A stretch of DNA of 64,000 nucleotides from Octopus vulgaris (GCA_951406725.2 OX597835.1:9486001-9550000), one strand, 5' to 3'. Shown: positions 1-14,533, counted from the first letter of the stretch. A program made the numbers and translations. Notes: generated from the letters alone by a model not told the origin.

Positions 1-895
1 TGTGTATGTATGTATGTATGTATGTATGTATGTATGTGTGTGTGTATGCATGTATGAATGAATGTATGTATGTATGTATGTATGAATGTATGTATGTATG
101 TATGTATATGTGTATTATGTATGTGTGTATGTATGTATGTATGTATGTATGTATGTATGTGTGTATGTATGTTTGTACGTATGTATGTGTGTATGTGTGT
201 ATGTATGTATGTATGTATGTGTGTATGTGTGTATGTATGTATGTATGTGTGTATGTGTGTATGTATGTGTGTATGTATGTATGTTGGTATGTATGTATGT
301 ATGTTTCTTTGTATGTATGTATGTGTGTATGTATGTATGCATGTATGTATGTATGTATGTATGTATGTATGTATGTGTGTGTGTATGTATGTATGTATGT
401 ATGTATGTATGTATGTATGTATGTATGTATGTATGTATGTATGTATGTATGTATGTATGTATGTATGTATCTATGTATGTATGTATGTATGTATGCATGT
501 ATGTGTGTATGTATGTATGTCTGTATGTATGTATGTGTGTATGTATGTATGTATGTATTTATGTATGTATGTATGTATGTATGTATGTATGTATGTATGT
601 ATGTATGTATGTATGTATGTATGTATGTGTGTATGTATGTTTGTATGTATGTATGTATGTATGTATGTATGTATGTATGTATGTGTGTATGTATGTATGT
701 ATGTATGTATGTATGTGTGTGTATGTATGTATGTATGTATGTATGTATGTATGTATGTATGTATGTATGTATGTATGTATGTATGTATGTGTGTATGTAT
801 GTATGTATGTTTGTATGTATGTATGTGTGTATTTGTATATGCATGTATGAATCTATGTATTTATGTAGGTATCTATGTATGTATATGTATATGTG
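1..895. repeat. Long degenerate (TATG)n microsatellite
   Basis: Near-continuous tatg units with tgtg variants; source of the YVCM/MYVC ORFs. Confidence 0.97.
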
Positions 896-1104
896 CGAAG
901 AAACGGACAGTTATTTCCCTCACTCTCTTTCTCTCTCTCTCTCTCATCCCAAACTTTTTACTAAAATGTTTTCTACAGCCCATTAACCAATGATCAAACT
1001 TGTTTCTACTGCAGCAATTGCACATTGCTCTGTATGCAAATATGCATCCTACTCCCTGCAATTTCATCAACGGTCCATCACTTACAAGTGAAGTAATTCA
1101 AACA

Positions 1105-1222
1105 ACGTGGAGCCGCAATGGCCCAGTGGTTAGGGCAGCGGACTCGCGGTCATAGGATCGCGGTTTCGATTCCCAGACCGCGAGTCCGCTGCCCTAACCA
1201 CTGGGCCATTGCGCCTCCACGT
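1105..1222. repeat. Foldback of a tRNA-derived SINE head (47-bp arms, 24-nt loop)
   Basis: 1105-1151 is the reverse complement of 1176-1222 with one mismatch; sequence matches the head of the SINE at 45727. Confidence 0.92.
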
Positions 1223-1649
1223 ATGTTTCGGTGGATGAATACACACTACGTCCAACAGCAAAAAATATGGTTAGCTAGGCATCATTCTTACCAGGAAAGA
1301 TATAAATAGTCATTTTTTTCAGATATAGGAAACCCTATAAGATGTGAGGTATTTATGTGTATATGCACACACTTACACGTACACACAGGTATATATGCGT
1401 GTGTGCGTGTGTGTTTGCGTGCATATGCATATAAATATATCACATTTTCTAGGGCATCCTATATCTGTAAAAATGTCTATTTGATGAGTGTTGTTGTTTA
1501 CGTCTTCCCTAATGAAACTTATGCATAGCTGACCGTAATTCTTCCTGTCTGACGTAATCATCGAAACATATGTAGAAGATATGGAGATATAAATGTTTTA
1601 ATAACAGCCTGTTTGTCTCTTTTTTCAATGTCCTATATATATATATATA

Positions 1650-1828
1650 TATTTTCTCTCCTTGTTTCTTTCTGTGTTTCTTTTCTGTGTATCTTTCTGT
1701 TGAAGAGCATAGGCTCGAAACGTAAAAGACTTGTTTTATTTATATTCCTGAGCGCCATACTAATACAACTGTTTGTTTGTATTCCACCTGCCTTCGTCTT
1801 TTGTCTATTTTCATAAAGCTTCCCGTTA
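1650..1828 (+). mobile_element. Short (TA)n-associated element with HHR-like motif (family H1)
   Basis: tcttt-CTGTTGAA-gagc atag gctc-GAAA-cg-TA-aaaga at 1692-1729; homologous to 14270, 36590 and 44540 copies. Confidence 0.7.
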
Positions 1829-2010
1829 TATATACATGTGTATATTTAGGGCAAAAACCACTATGTGGAGAGCCATTTGCTAGAAGAAGATCACATTCGA
1901 TGTAACTACAAAGGAAAATGTTCTCCACAGAAAATTCAGCGAACACCAGAATTTAGGCGAGGAAGACAGATGAAAATTATATAAAAATCAAGAATTAATT
2001 CGTATACCGG

Positions 2011-2240
2011 TTTCTTTATTATCCACAAGGGGCTAAACACAGAGGGGACAAACAAGGACAGACAAACGGATTAAGTCGATTCCATCGACCCCAGTGCGTA
2101 ACTGGTACTTAATTTATCGACCCCGAAAGGATGAAAGGCAAAGTCGACCTCGGCGGAATTTGAACTCACAGCGTAACGACAGACGAAATACTGCTACGCA
2201 TTTCGCTCGGCGTGCTAACGATTCTGCCAGCTCGCCGCCT
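2011..2240 (-). mobile_element. tRNA-derived SINE family B, full length
   Basis: Reverse complement of ggcggcgagctggcagaatcgttagc...gcctttcatcctttcggggtcgat...taaagaaa; 23-bp direct repeat attaattcgtataccggtttctt at 1994-2016 and 2245-2267. Confidence 0.9.
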
Positions 2241-2312
2241 TCGTATTAATTCGTATACCGGTTTCTTCTATTAAGGAATAAATATTCAATTTATCTCCCT
2301 CATTATTTAAAT

Positions 2313-2390
<78 letters not shown>

Positions 2391-2861
2391 GTTTGTGTGT
2401 GTGTGTGTGTGTGTTAAATAGAGTGGGTTTGTTAAATAAATAAACGGGCGTTAAGATCTAGAAAACGTTAAGCCAGAGAAAAAAAGTCAAACTTAATAAA
2501 CAAAGAGGAATTGAAAAAAAAGCCGGAAGAAGAGGAAATTAAAGTTGAAAAGGTTAACTGCTATAAAGCTGGCAGACTGACAATGTTGTATTCGATTACT
2601 TTTCTTAAGTGTTCGATTTGTGCAATCGATAATGTTGATTAGAGCAATGACATTATCATCTTACGTTCTTTGGAAATTTTAGTATATATCTTAGGGTTAA
2701 TGTATGTATAAATGAAGCAAAAAGATAATTACCAACTAAGATTGACGTGTATATAAATGTGTTTAATTAAAATTTAATGAAATTGGTACCTGTCGTGATT
2801 GAATAGATCACAACTGACAAGATTATGAACGGATAAATATTTCATCAGACAACTCTCCCAA

Positions 2862-2898
<37 letters not shown>

Positions 2899-3077
2899 CG
2901 CTCTCACTCCCTCTCACGCATACATATGCAAACACACACACACACACATATGTATCTTTAGGTGTGTATATACACACATGCACACACAAATACACACAAT
3001 CATACATATATAAATACATATACACATATATATATATTACATCTTTAATCTCCATTCTATCAACACTTCAATATACA

Positions 3078-3136
<59 letters not shown>

Positions 3137-3207
3137 GTATATATAGAGAGAGATTTATGAGTATACATATGTGTGTGTATGTATGTGCATATATACATGT
3201 TTGTCTG

Positions 3208-3278
<71 letters not shown>

Positions 3279-3287
3279 GTATATATA

Positions 3288-4537
3288 CAGGGCTTGGACA
3301 AAATAATGGAAATACTTAGCATCTTAGCATCATAATTTTGAAATATCTATAAAACCGTCAAAAGCTTGTTTATTTTTGTTTTTCTGATTTATTATTAGTG
3401 TTGCTTAATATGTTTTGCTAAAAATTTTGTTTCTTTTCAGATATCATCAGAAAAGGGGTAATTAAAATCCATTAAAATGACAGATCTATCGAACTTTTCA
3501 AGAGGTCCAATAGTTGGTGTTCATATGGCAGGCGCTAGTGTAGCGAAAATAGGCGAAATATTTGGTGTATCAAGAAGTACTGTTTCGAAAGTAATGACAG
3601 CCTTTGAGAAAGAGTGAAAAACCTCCTCTTCGAAAGAAAACTCACGAAGAAAATCAAGACTTTCAGATAGAGACCGTAGGACTCTTACCCGAATTGTTCG
3701 AAAGGATCATAAAAGTACAGCTCCGAAAATTACTGTAGAGCTTAATGACTACCTCGAGAGACTACCTCGAGAACCCACAAATCCGGGTTTCACGGGAGAG
3801 CTGCAATCAGAAAACCACTTCTTTAAAAAAAAACCGTTTGCAAAGCGTTTTGAGTGGTGTAAAAACCTTCAGAATTAGTCCCTAGAGCAGTGGAAGAATG
3901 TTATCTTATCGGACGAGTCATCCTTTACCTTATTTCCGAACACTAGCCGAGTATACGCGTGGAGACAGCCAAAACAAGCATTTGACCCTGAATGCCTTTT
4001 TCCAACTGTTAAACATGGAAGAGAATCTATATCTTAAAAATCCGCCGGCCCAATGCTTTCCCTTCATGACTGAATTAATAGTCAAGAAAAGACTATTTAA
4101 ACATTTTATCTTATCAAATTCATCCTATGGTTGCGAAACTGTTTTCGGAAGGAAACGCAATCTTTCAGGATGATAATGCACCAATTCCCACAGCTAAAGT
4201 TGTTACTGAATAGCACGAAAAACATTCTAGGGAATTTGGACATCTTACCTGGCCACCACAGTCCCTAGATCTCAATATTATTGAACATTTATGGTGCATT
4301 TTAGAAAAAAAAACAAGTAAGGAGTCGATATCCTCCACCACCATCTACAGGACCTAGAGACTGCTTTAGCCGAAGAATCTGAAGAATAGACATAAAGTCA
4401 TTTGGAAACAATGCAAATTTTGTGCGAATTCATACCTCGAAGAATTCAAGCTGTAATTACTGCCAAAGTCGTTCCAACCCCATATTAAAATAAGTTTGTT
4501 TGAAATTTTAAGGTGTTTCCATTATTTTGTGCAACCG

Positions 4538-4540
<3 letters not shown>
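3288..4540 (+). mobile_element. Tc1-family DNA transposon, near full length, dead
   Basis: TIRs cagggcttggacaaaataatggaaatactt / aaggtgtttccattattttgtgcaaccgct; both ends abut (TA)n; internal transposase remnant. Confidence 0.93.
3477..4487 (+). pseudogene. Tc1 DDE transposase pseudogene (stops and frameshifts)
   Basis: MTDLSNFSRGPIVGVHMAGASVAKIGEIFGVSRSTVSKV (HTH), WKNVILSDES, FQDDNAP, WPPQSLDLNIIEHLW motifs in shifting frames. Confidence 0.9.
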
Positions 4541-4612
<72 letters not shown>

Positions 4613-4613
4613 T

Positions 4614-4686
<73 letters not shown>

Positions 4687-7600
4687 GAGACAGACAGATA
4701 GGGAATATATCCCAGACTTTTCAAATGTTATTGATGAGACTTAATGATAGATGGTGACATTGTTTTCCCCACAGGGACTCGAAACTATGTCTTCTGTTTT
4801 GAAGCCTTATTGTAAATACATAACACTACATACAAACAACATTTCCCAAGGCTTCAAGCAGTTACCAAATCAGCTCTTAATGATTATTCCATAAATGTTG
4901 TATTCCGAAACGGAGGACTTAATTGAATTGTATAGAATACTACGATGACGACAACAACAACCACGACGACAACAACAACCACAACGACGACGACGACGAC
5001 GATGATAATGATGATTATGATAATGCTTATGATGGTAATTCTGACGCCGAGTAGGAGGAAAAGGAGGAGTGCGATGTTAATAACTGATGGATTATTGAGT
5101 ATCTTATGTCCAGATGTTACTTAGATATGAAATTGCCAACATGTTCTGTTATGTTCTGTTATATACACCTGTTATATACACCTGTTATATACACCTGTAA
5201 TTCTATACGTACATGTAAAAGTAGAATTACATTGAAGAGTTTAAAATACCTGAGATGACTAGTTGTGAAACAATTCTAATTTAGCTTAAATGACTCCTTG
5301 TGTCATCGTTAGACATAAATATTTGCTTTTAGACACTTCTTTCCTCTCCGATCGTCATCATTTAACTAATTCCGTGTTATGTCCTTAGCAGCCGATTTGA
5401 TTTGAGCTGAGATTCAGCAGTTTCTACCTTAAATTCAGCAGTTTCGAAGAGAAAATCAGAATGTGACGAATGGTGGCCAATTACATCTAAACTGAATATA
5501 GGCGGACATAATATAAAGCCCTTTCTTTTCTGATAATAAAGTTAATAATCCGAAAATTTATAATCGTATGCATTAGTTTTATTATGTAAATTAGCGTGTG
5601 TCTAATCAATTTGTTCTTTGTATTAGAAGAACTCAGTGACAAAATATTGATTTCTTTGTCGATATCTTTATTTTTTTTATCGTTGGTTGCATTATATTTT
5701 ACAGCGTAGACATCGGTTATCTAATCAATCAAATTAATTTGTTTATTCGGAAGACTTTCCCCAGACACTACAATTTACATTTTTTTGTACTTTATCGAAA
5801 AAACTTTTTTTTTCCATCGAGTAAATTTACCTGTTGTTTCTGAAACAGGAAAACCATGGGAAAAAAATGGCAGAATTTATTCTTGCATGTGCTTCTCAAA
5901 CGACATTGTTGTGCTTCGGTTTATTATAATTTTTTATATTTTTTTTATCATATATAGTTATTATATATGGTATTGATGAATTCATAGAATGAAAACCGTA
6001 TAAAATATATAAAACTCTTTTAGAAGTATCGAAATATGAAAGTTTTGCTTACAAAATAAGTCTCTTGTGTACCATCAATCCTTCTAGTTTATTTGCATAA
6101 TACACAGACGCTTTGTCGGTTCCTTCTATTGATATTTCAGGGGTGAAATTACAATAAACAAAGTCAGCAATATAGATTATCATCTCTAGTTCTAGCCACA
6201 CGCGCACGCACACACACACACGCACACACACGCACACATATATTCAAATATTTCAAAAGAAAACTAAAAACCTATAATTATATAGCTCTATTTACCGGCG
6301 CGCATACACACACATACACATAAACGCACATCACACATCGGATAAACAATGATATCGATATATTCCGGCACAAGGGATACCTCTCCACTCCAATGCTTGG
6401 ATTCCAACAAATAAGTTCATAACCCTTGAATATTTACACTTTTCTATACAGTTCGAAAACTGCAGGTCTTGAAATTTCTGCTGTGGAGGTTTTCAAGAGA
6501 ATGGCTCTCACGTGATAAATTATTCTCTTCAACTCCCTGGGACAAGGAGTTCAAGTGTTGCAAAGTATTCTTGAACTGAGATAAACGTTCGTCATTTATA
6601 ATTGAAACACAGGCTCTGATGCATCCCCCACAATATATGTACTAGATACTCTTCACCATTATTATTTTTTCAGAAAATCAATCTTCCCAAGCTGCCATTC
6701 TAGCCGTATGCATCTAAACATCCCTGTATGAAATCCTGTGTAATTGCACTAGAATAGAAAATTAAATATTGCCAATGAGATGTGTCATTGTACTCACTAA
6801 TCAAAACAGATGTTCTACTAAATCCATAACCTTATCCGTCAGTTACAATTTGAAGAAAAACTATTGAGTGAAACGCTTTGATGTGCTTCTGTGTAGAGTA
6901 ATGATTCAGATATGATTTTTTGCTGTATAATTTCATTTCCGCGCAGCTGTCAGCAATAAGATTCCTTGTCTAAACAGTTTTGATGTGAAAGACTAATATT
7001 TTATTGGCGTTTCTCTATCGCCTGAGCTATAATCTCATCATTTAATCATCTGATGTTTACAAGCCACAGGCATCTTCCGATGATTGCTGATATATTTCTA
7101 AATTTCTGTTTCAAAACCTACAAGTGCTGGCTTTTTCATTGATATTTAGCCTTGAATCAAACCGGATCGAGCAGAATTATAAACAAAGACGTTTTCCAAG
7201 TAACGTGTATTATCAAACATTACAGAATTCTGTGCAAAATAACTTATAAAAGATTATACAGTGTAATTCGAGGTGATTTGGCTTCTATATCAAACGATCA
7301 TACAGACCCCTCTTTGTTTTCAGTTAATGGATTTCATTAAAGCTACAGAAAATATTATGAACGAATTTGTAGAACTATCTCTGTGGTATGAGATATATGT
7401 GTTGGAAAAAAATTAAAAGATATTTTACTTGAACATTTTCATGATCAAAAAGTACTGAATTGATTAAATATTCCTTAGGCATAGCTAAATAATGAGACAA
7501 CATTTTGGCTACAGCCAAATATGTTAACCACCATGTTTCTTAAAGATAACATGATTGCACTCGTTTAAGAAAAATAGCTGACATGTTAAGCTTTAACCTG

Positions 7601-7975
7601 CTATTAAAAGTATTTTCAAAGCTAATGATTTTTGTTTCTTTTTTGTTAATCTATTAATTTGGCACATTCGTTATCACCTCATTCAAACAATCTTTGATAT
7701 TTTATTATCATTTATATCACAGCTTAAAGCACAAATTACTGAGAGCGCAGTTTTAATTGTTGTTACCGTGTTACTATTTTTTCTTCTAATATTCGCATTA
7801 ACGCCTGTTTTTTTTAATCTTAAAACTTCATCGAATATCAGAACTAATTCTATTTTCATTATTCTATAATTGCTGTGGAATTCTATTGCATTTAACAGCC
7901 TTTATTGGAAGTCGACTTAAATGGTCTCATCTGTAAACCTTTACAACCTCGACATACACATGCACACACACACAC

Positions 7976-8046
<71 letters not shown>

Positions 8047-8839
8047 TTGTAAATATAGCTCTATTTTATGTTGTCAATTGTACAAAATTTCAATATTTCT
8101 TTGTTATCTTTTATTTTCCGGTGCTTTATCTCAACATCTTAATTTGCGATACCAAATGCAAACAGTGATGTAAAATGCTTTCGCTACTATTACATTTTCC
8201 CAAAATGATATTTTGATACAAAATTTCATGTTTAAAATTTAGATAAAAATACTTGATAAAAATGTTTAAAGAGTTTGTTGAAAATAGAATTCAGTTAATT
8301 AGTTAATTAAATGCGTTGTTGACGTATTTTCTTTTCCTGTTTTTTTTTAAAGGTGGTATTCCTGTTTGAAAAGATTCGATAACAACAAAACACCGCTTTC
8401 GTATATTATCACCTGGGAATTTCTTCTCTCTGTTCTTTGCTGCGTTAGAACTATAAATATCAACTTAACCATATGAAAAACAAGCATTAAATAATTTTCT
8501 CTTTTATATATTTTCTGTTTTCTTCTTTATTTCTCCTCAGCATCTCATTAGAATTTTCTGAATTTCATTTGGAATTCTTGAAATAGCTGTTACCAGTTGG
8601 GTTTATTTTCTCACCATTGCAGGCAGAACATATTACATATTAAGTAGCGTAGATTCGCAGACTCTTAGCACGGACAATGTCCTTGAGTTTTTGGAGCTGG
8701 AACCTATCAAATGCATTAGTCAATGAGACTGATTTCTTAAAGGATCGATTTCCAAGAGTCTAGTAGTAAGCCCCTAAAGGAGAGAATGCAATCAACATAA
8801 CATTCCAAAGAATTTATATTCTATCTGTTGAGGAAACAA

Positions 8840-9150
8840 AGAAGGCGTTCCATAGGACAGCTGATTGAGGAATAGGGACGCTTCGCAAAAAAAAAAACAA
8901 TAATAAGGAACTGCTTCGTCTACTCCGTGTTTCGAAGTTAGCTGAAGAAGGGGAATGTTCCTTGTGTTGTATGCCTTGTATTCTGTTTTTTCGTTGTTTA
9001 AAAAAATGTCCGTTTCCATGGTTTTGTTTTTATGTTTTCGTTTCTCATTGTGTTCGAAGGTTTTTTTTGTGTCCTGTACCCATATATGCATGTATATATA
9101 CATATAGATGTAGGTACGTACATGTATGTATGTATATATGCATATGTTTT
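8840..9150. repeat. Unclassified interspersed repeat; related pieces near 55370-55500 and about 60300-60620 (inverted)
   Basis: Shared tcctgtaccca(t/c)atatgcat...cat(at)aga motif with 55410-55450; the 60300 relation is weaker. Confidence 0.45.
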
Positions 9151-9214
9151 ATTTATTATTTTGTTACTATATGATCGAACGCCACGCATCCACTTTCAAG
9201 TAAGTTTTATTTCA

Positions 9215-9261
<47 letters not shown>

Positions 9262-9281
9262 TACACACACAAACACACACA

Positions 9282-9334
<53 letters not shown>

Positions 9335-9399
9335 TTATACATTTGTGTGCGTGTATGAGTGTGTGTATGTCTGTGTGTCTGTGTCTATATACTGTGAAC

Positions 9400-9655
9400 T
9401 CTTCTGTCGTTAGAAGGTGTATAAAGGTCAGCAGTTTCTTGCTGAACAACCACACACCTGATTTGCTTATAGTGATCAAATATTCGTATACACCTAAGCT
9501 GGCTCCTTCCATCAAATCGACATTACCTGTACAGGTGCAACTGAGTACCACATGCCAGAAGAGGAAATGATTGCAGAGCAACATGAAATAAAATGTTCTG
9601 CTCAAGACCACAATGCGATTGAACCCACTATCTCGTAATCGTGAATGCAACAACC
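9400..9655 (-). mobile_element. Degenerate SINE (head 1-like, tail Z)
   Basis: Homologous to 15700-15930 (tatagtgatcaaat...ccatcaaatcgacatt...gtacaggt...gcagagcaac); tRNA-like head remnant at right end. Confidence 0.65.
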
Positions 9656-10124
9656 TATATATGTGTGTGAGGGGGAGTTTGCGTGTATGCGCGTGTATGG
9701 ATAGTATATAATTAGTTACAGTTCCTCTTAGTAAGAGTTAAATATGTAATAGATTCGTTGAAAGAATTTAAATGCTTTAATGAGAATGTGATATAGTACG
9801 GATTATCTTGAAGTAATGCGGTGAAATTAAGAACCGGAGAGGACAAAAATAAATTTGCTTGGCAAAACGTTAACTTACACAATCTCTGAAAAAAAAAATT
9901 GTAAATAATATTTGATATTTTTTGAAAACTATCATGTTTTAGAGCATTGGTGACCCAATATTGATGTAGCGGTGTGATTTTTGAAATAGTCGATATCTCA
10001 CTAACATATTACACTAGAATTGGGAATAATGTGAAATGTATAATATGCACATACATATATGCACATTCATATATATATATATATATGTTTGTATTTATGT
10101 ATATATACATTTGTGATATACATT

Positions 10125-10203
<79 letters not shown>

Positions 10204-10912
10204 ATATACATATATATATAAATGTATATATGTATATATATTAAATATATATGTGTTTGTGTGTATAGTCATATACATATGTGTGTGTATGTAGAGAGAG
10301 AGCGACAGAATGAGAGAAAAACAGAATGAGAGACAAACAGACAGAGAGAGAGAGAGAGGAGAGAGAGAGACAAGCAGACAGAGAGAGAGAGAGACAGATA
10401 AAAAGAGAGACAAATTGATATAGATGTATGCCGGAATCTCAAGGAGATAGCGTAATTATTGTGGTTACTTAAGAAGATAGATTCCCGACAATACCTGTAG
10501 GTTTTGCTGAAAAGGAGTTAGAGAGTAGTTGTCTATAACAAGAATAAAATCGAAAGAAAAAAAATAAAATGTTTCCAAGATATTATTTTATCCTATATCT
10601 CCAGGATAGGATCCGATATAAGAGTAATAAAATACTACTACTACGGCCACTGCTGCTACTATTACTGCTACTTCTACTACTATTACCGAAACAGTGAGAA
10701 GAAAGCTAGTATTAGGAGTAGGATGTTATTAAAAGTTTTGCTTGGATTCAACGTGGTTTCTGCCCCAACCGCGCAGCAAGCGATTTTGCTGAAGTATCTT
10801 TGCTAATCGACTAATCGTAGCAACAGAGGTGAACCACTCCTTTATATATATACATAAGCGTCTGTACAACTGAATATTTATTTTTAACAATACAAAAATG
10901 TCCTCTCATACC

Positions 10913-10967
10913 GTCTCCGATGAAGGGATATTATTATTAAGTAATATTCTAGAAACAGCTGTAAAAC
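10913..10967 (+). ncRNA. Type I hammerhead-like motif (U4C core variant)
   Basis: gtct-CCGATGA-agggatatta...taatattcta-GAAA-cagctg-TA-aaac; palindromic stem III. Confidence 0.65.
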
Positions 10968-11040
10968 CTTCTATCTATAAATGCTCTAATAACTATACAG
11001 CCTTGGTTTTTTTTTATCTCATTACGCAAGAAATTTATAT

Positions 11041-11440
11041 ACTCTTTTACTTGTTTCAGTAATTTGACTGCGGCCATGCTGGAGCACCACCTATAATCGA
11101 GCAACTCGACCCCGGGACTTATTCTTTGTAAGCCCAGTACTTAATTTCTCGGTCTCTTTTGCCGAACCACTAAATGACGGGAACATAAACACACCAGCAT
11201 CGGTTGTCAAGCAATGCTAGGGAGACAAACAAAGACACACAATCACACACGCACATATATATACATATATATACATATATATATATACGACGGGCTTCTT
11301 TCAGTTTCCGTCTACCAAATCCACTCACAAGGCCCGAGGCTATAGTAGAAGACACTTGCCCAAGGTGCCACGCAGTGGGACTGAACCCGGAACCATGTGG
11401 TTGGTAAGCAAGCTACTTACCACACAGCCACTCCTACGTC
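11041..11440 (-). mobile_element. tRNA-derived SINE family C (CORE-like domain, internal microsatellite)
   Basis: Reverse complement of ggagtggctgtgtggtaagtagc...ccttgggcaagtgtcttc...tgctccagcatggccgcagtcaaattactgaaacaagtaaaagag. Confidence 0.88.
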
Positions 11441-11767
11441 TATATATTCATATATTTATGTGTGTCTGTGTGTCTGTGTAAGTGTGTGTGTGTGTGTGTG
11501 TGTGTGTGACATTCATATGTGTATGTTAAAGTGCAACTATCTATCCGTCTCACTTGTCAAATGTTGTCCGTTCGTGTGTTTACCCCCACTAAACAGTTGT
11601 TTACCCCCTAAACAAATAGGAAACGAAAAATATGTAATAGGAACATTTTCATGTAGAAAATATTTCAAAATTCTGCCTCGGTCTGGCCGTGGTGTATGGC
11701 GGATATAAGTAAAAGAGCATATAACAAAATGCTAATATTACTACTGTCATTATTATTAAGAATGTAA

Positions 11768-11960
11768 AGGGCAGAACCGCTACCATTCCGGATAAAGTGC
11801 TTAGCATTTCGTTTGTCTTTACAGTCTGGCTTCAAAATTTATGGACATTGATTTTTGCCTTTCATCCTTGGGGGCGATAAAATAAGTACGATTTGAGCAC
11901 TGTAGTCGATTTTATCGACTTTTTCTCTTCCCTTAGAAAGTTTCTGACCTTGTGCTAAAA
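11768..11960 (+). mobile_element. Old degenerate SINE family B
   Basis: gcctttcatcc...gataaaataagtac core retained. Confidence 0.6.
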
Positions 11961-12105
11961 GAAAAAAGAAGTTAGTAGAGGACGGCGGTGGCGACGAAGA
12001 TGAGAATGGCGAAAATATCTATGAAAATCCAATTGATTGCTTTTGTGACGAATAAAAGTGGGTTTTTCTTGGGTTAGGGTTAGGTTGATTTATATTTATC
12101 ATCTA

Positions 12106-12418
12106 GCATACGATCGTGAGGTTGTGAGCTCGAATCCCGGACCGGGCTGCGTGTTGTGTTCTTGAGCAAGGTACTTTATTTCACGTTGCTCCAGTTCACT
12201 CAGCTGTAGAAATTAGTTGCGACGTCACTGGTGCCAAGCTGTATCGACCTTTGTCTTTCCCTTGGATAACACTGGTGGCGTGGAGAGGGGAGGCTGGTAT
12301 GCATGGGCGACTGCTGGTCTTCCATAAAACAACTTCGCCCGGACTTGTGTCTAGGAGGGTAACTTTCTAGGTGCAATCCCATGGTCATTCATGACCGAAG
12401 GGGGTCTTTACCCTTTAC
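12106..12418 (+). mobile_element. SINE head 1 (5'-truncated) with tail Y
   Basis: B-box-like gagctcgaatccc and ttgagcaag..actttatttcacgttgctccagt.cactcagctg shared with 19398; different 3' half ending tttaccctttac. Confidence 0.8.
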
Positions 12419-14236
12419 TTATGTGAATATCACTGCGGGTAATATTGTTAGTCTTCGTACTAGGATACATAACCGTTTCCCATTGTAAACTACTACAAAC
12501 ATCAAACATCCTTTCTCTACACTAAACTATGTCAGTCGTTTTTACACAAATATACTTCGATTTCAAATCTACAAGTAGGATCCGGAAATGTAGCTATTTT
12601 CTTGATGTTGTGGGTACTTACTTAAGAGCAGGTGAGTCATGATCAAACACTATTCCAGTTTTTAGTATACCTAGTACTACATACTACATCATATTCGATA
12701 TTCTTTTTTAAAAACGATTTATTGTAATTTCAGTGGGGTTTACTTGTGTTTCTAGTGGCCAGAGCGGCCCATAATTGAATTACTATTTCGTAATCTGGAC
12801 ACCCGAAGAAAACAATTTTATAAGGCATACATACATTTTTTACTCAAAATTTTAAACTTATCAAACAAAAATAGAAATTTTGTCGAAGCGTCTGTACAAT
12901 TGAATATTTATTTTTAACAATACTAAAATTAACAGCATCACTAATTACTTGTCTTATTATTTAAATTTATTTTCGATCCATTTATTCATATTTAGTGAAT
13001 TGTAGTAATCATATTTTACTTCTTCCAAAAGTTAAATTACGGCATATATTTATATTTATAACTTAAAATTGATACCGAAAAATGGTAGATGTACTATCTA
13101 CAACTGTATAATTTACAAACTATCTTACAATATTTGTTTATTTAGCATGTGATTTGAAACACAAACGAAGACGCTTTTGATTTACCTTACTTTGGGAGAG
13201 TATCAACGAGAACCCAACTGTATATTGCAGGGTTTAATTCTGTCTACATGAGATACAATTTAATCAATACTTCAGATTTTATCACAATGCTTGAGGAAAA
13301 ATAGATACGTAATTCAGACCGTTTAAATTTCAATCAATGATGTTTACCATGGAAGATTTTACTGCAAGGATAGCAAGCAAATATCATTATAAATGAACAC
13401 ATGACATCTAGTTCCTATTATAGAGATTCCACTTGGAAGAGTTTTATATAATGACCCATTGTAAAATATACTTTAAATTTCTACGAATATATCCTTGAAG
13501 CTGGACGCATTTATAGTAATCTCAAAAATAAAGGACTGAGTGGTTTATACATTTATCGTAATCGCAAATAGGAAGAAGGATGTTGGATAATATGAATAAA
13601 TATTATAGAAGTTTCAGCATCATTCCTGTGTGTCTAGACTAGCAAGAAATGTGATATTGATGTTATTAAATAATTCAATTGTATAAGATATTATCAGTTA
13701 ACGTGATACTAATGACTGTCTACAAACACACACACACACATACACATACACACACTCACATACACACACAGTACACATATATACATAATACTATATATAT
13801 ACATACAATTTCCTATCAGAAATCTGGGTTTTTTACGCCTAAAATCAGAAAATCGCTTCAAATCATCTACGCATATTTATATACATGATAAATGTGTGTG
13901 AGTGTTTGAGTGTGTGTGTGTGAGAGAGAGTGTTTGTGAGTGTGTATGTGAGTGTGTGTGTGTGAGTGTGTGTGTGTGAGTGTGTATACGTGTTGTAAAC
14001 GAAAGAGTTGCAGGCTATTGAGTCCAAAGCGGGTCAATCGCAGGTTCACTGCATTTCGAATATAAATATAAAATTTGTAGGAAATATATTTTTAAACGAA
14101 TCCACAATTTCCATCGGTTGTCGATAAATATCGGCGGCACACTCATACACACACACATACATACACACACACGCACACACCCACATATACATATATAGGG
14201 TATGCCTTTAAATACAGATACACATACACCTATATC

Positions 14237-14269
<33 letters not shown>

Positions 14270-14273
<4 letters not shown>

Positions 14274-14500
14274 CCTTTTTTCCTTCCTTTTTTCTCTCCT
14301 TTTTTCTCTCTTTTTTTCTCTCCGTTTTTCTCTCCTTGTTTCTCTCCTTGTTTTTTCTGTGTCCCTTTCTGTAGAAGAGTATAGGCTCGAAACGTAAAAG
14401 ACTTTTTCTATTCCTGAGCGTTATACCAATACATCTACTTTTTTTGTACACCACCTGTCTTCGTCTTTTGCGTTTTTTCGTAAACTCTCCCCATATGTTA
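14270..14500 (+). mobile_element. Family H1 element flanked by (TA)n on both sides
   Basis: cttt-CTGTAGAA-gagt atag gctc-GAAA-cg-TA-aaag at 14365-14400. Confidence 0.72.
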
Positions 14501-14501
14501 G

Positions 14502-14528
<27 letters not shown>

Positions 14529-14533
<5 letters not shown>

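Noticed and set aside
6-993. Long ORFs (YVCM-type, and similar YI, LSIY, poly-N/D/E/S ORFs across the window)
   Set aside because: Translations of microsatellites that lack stop codons; no coding complexity or splice evidence
12071-12086. TTAGGG telomere-like motif
   Set aside because: Only about two units; expected by chance
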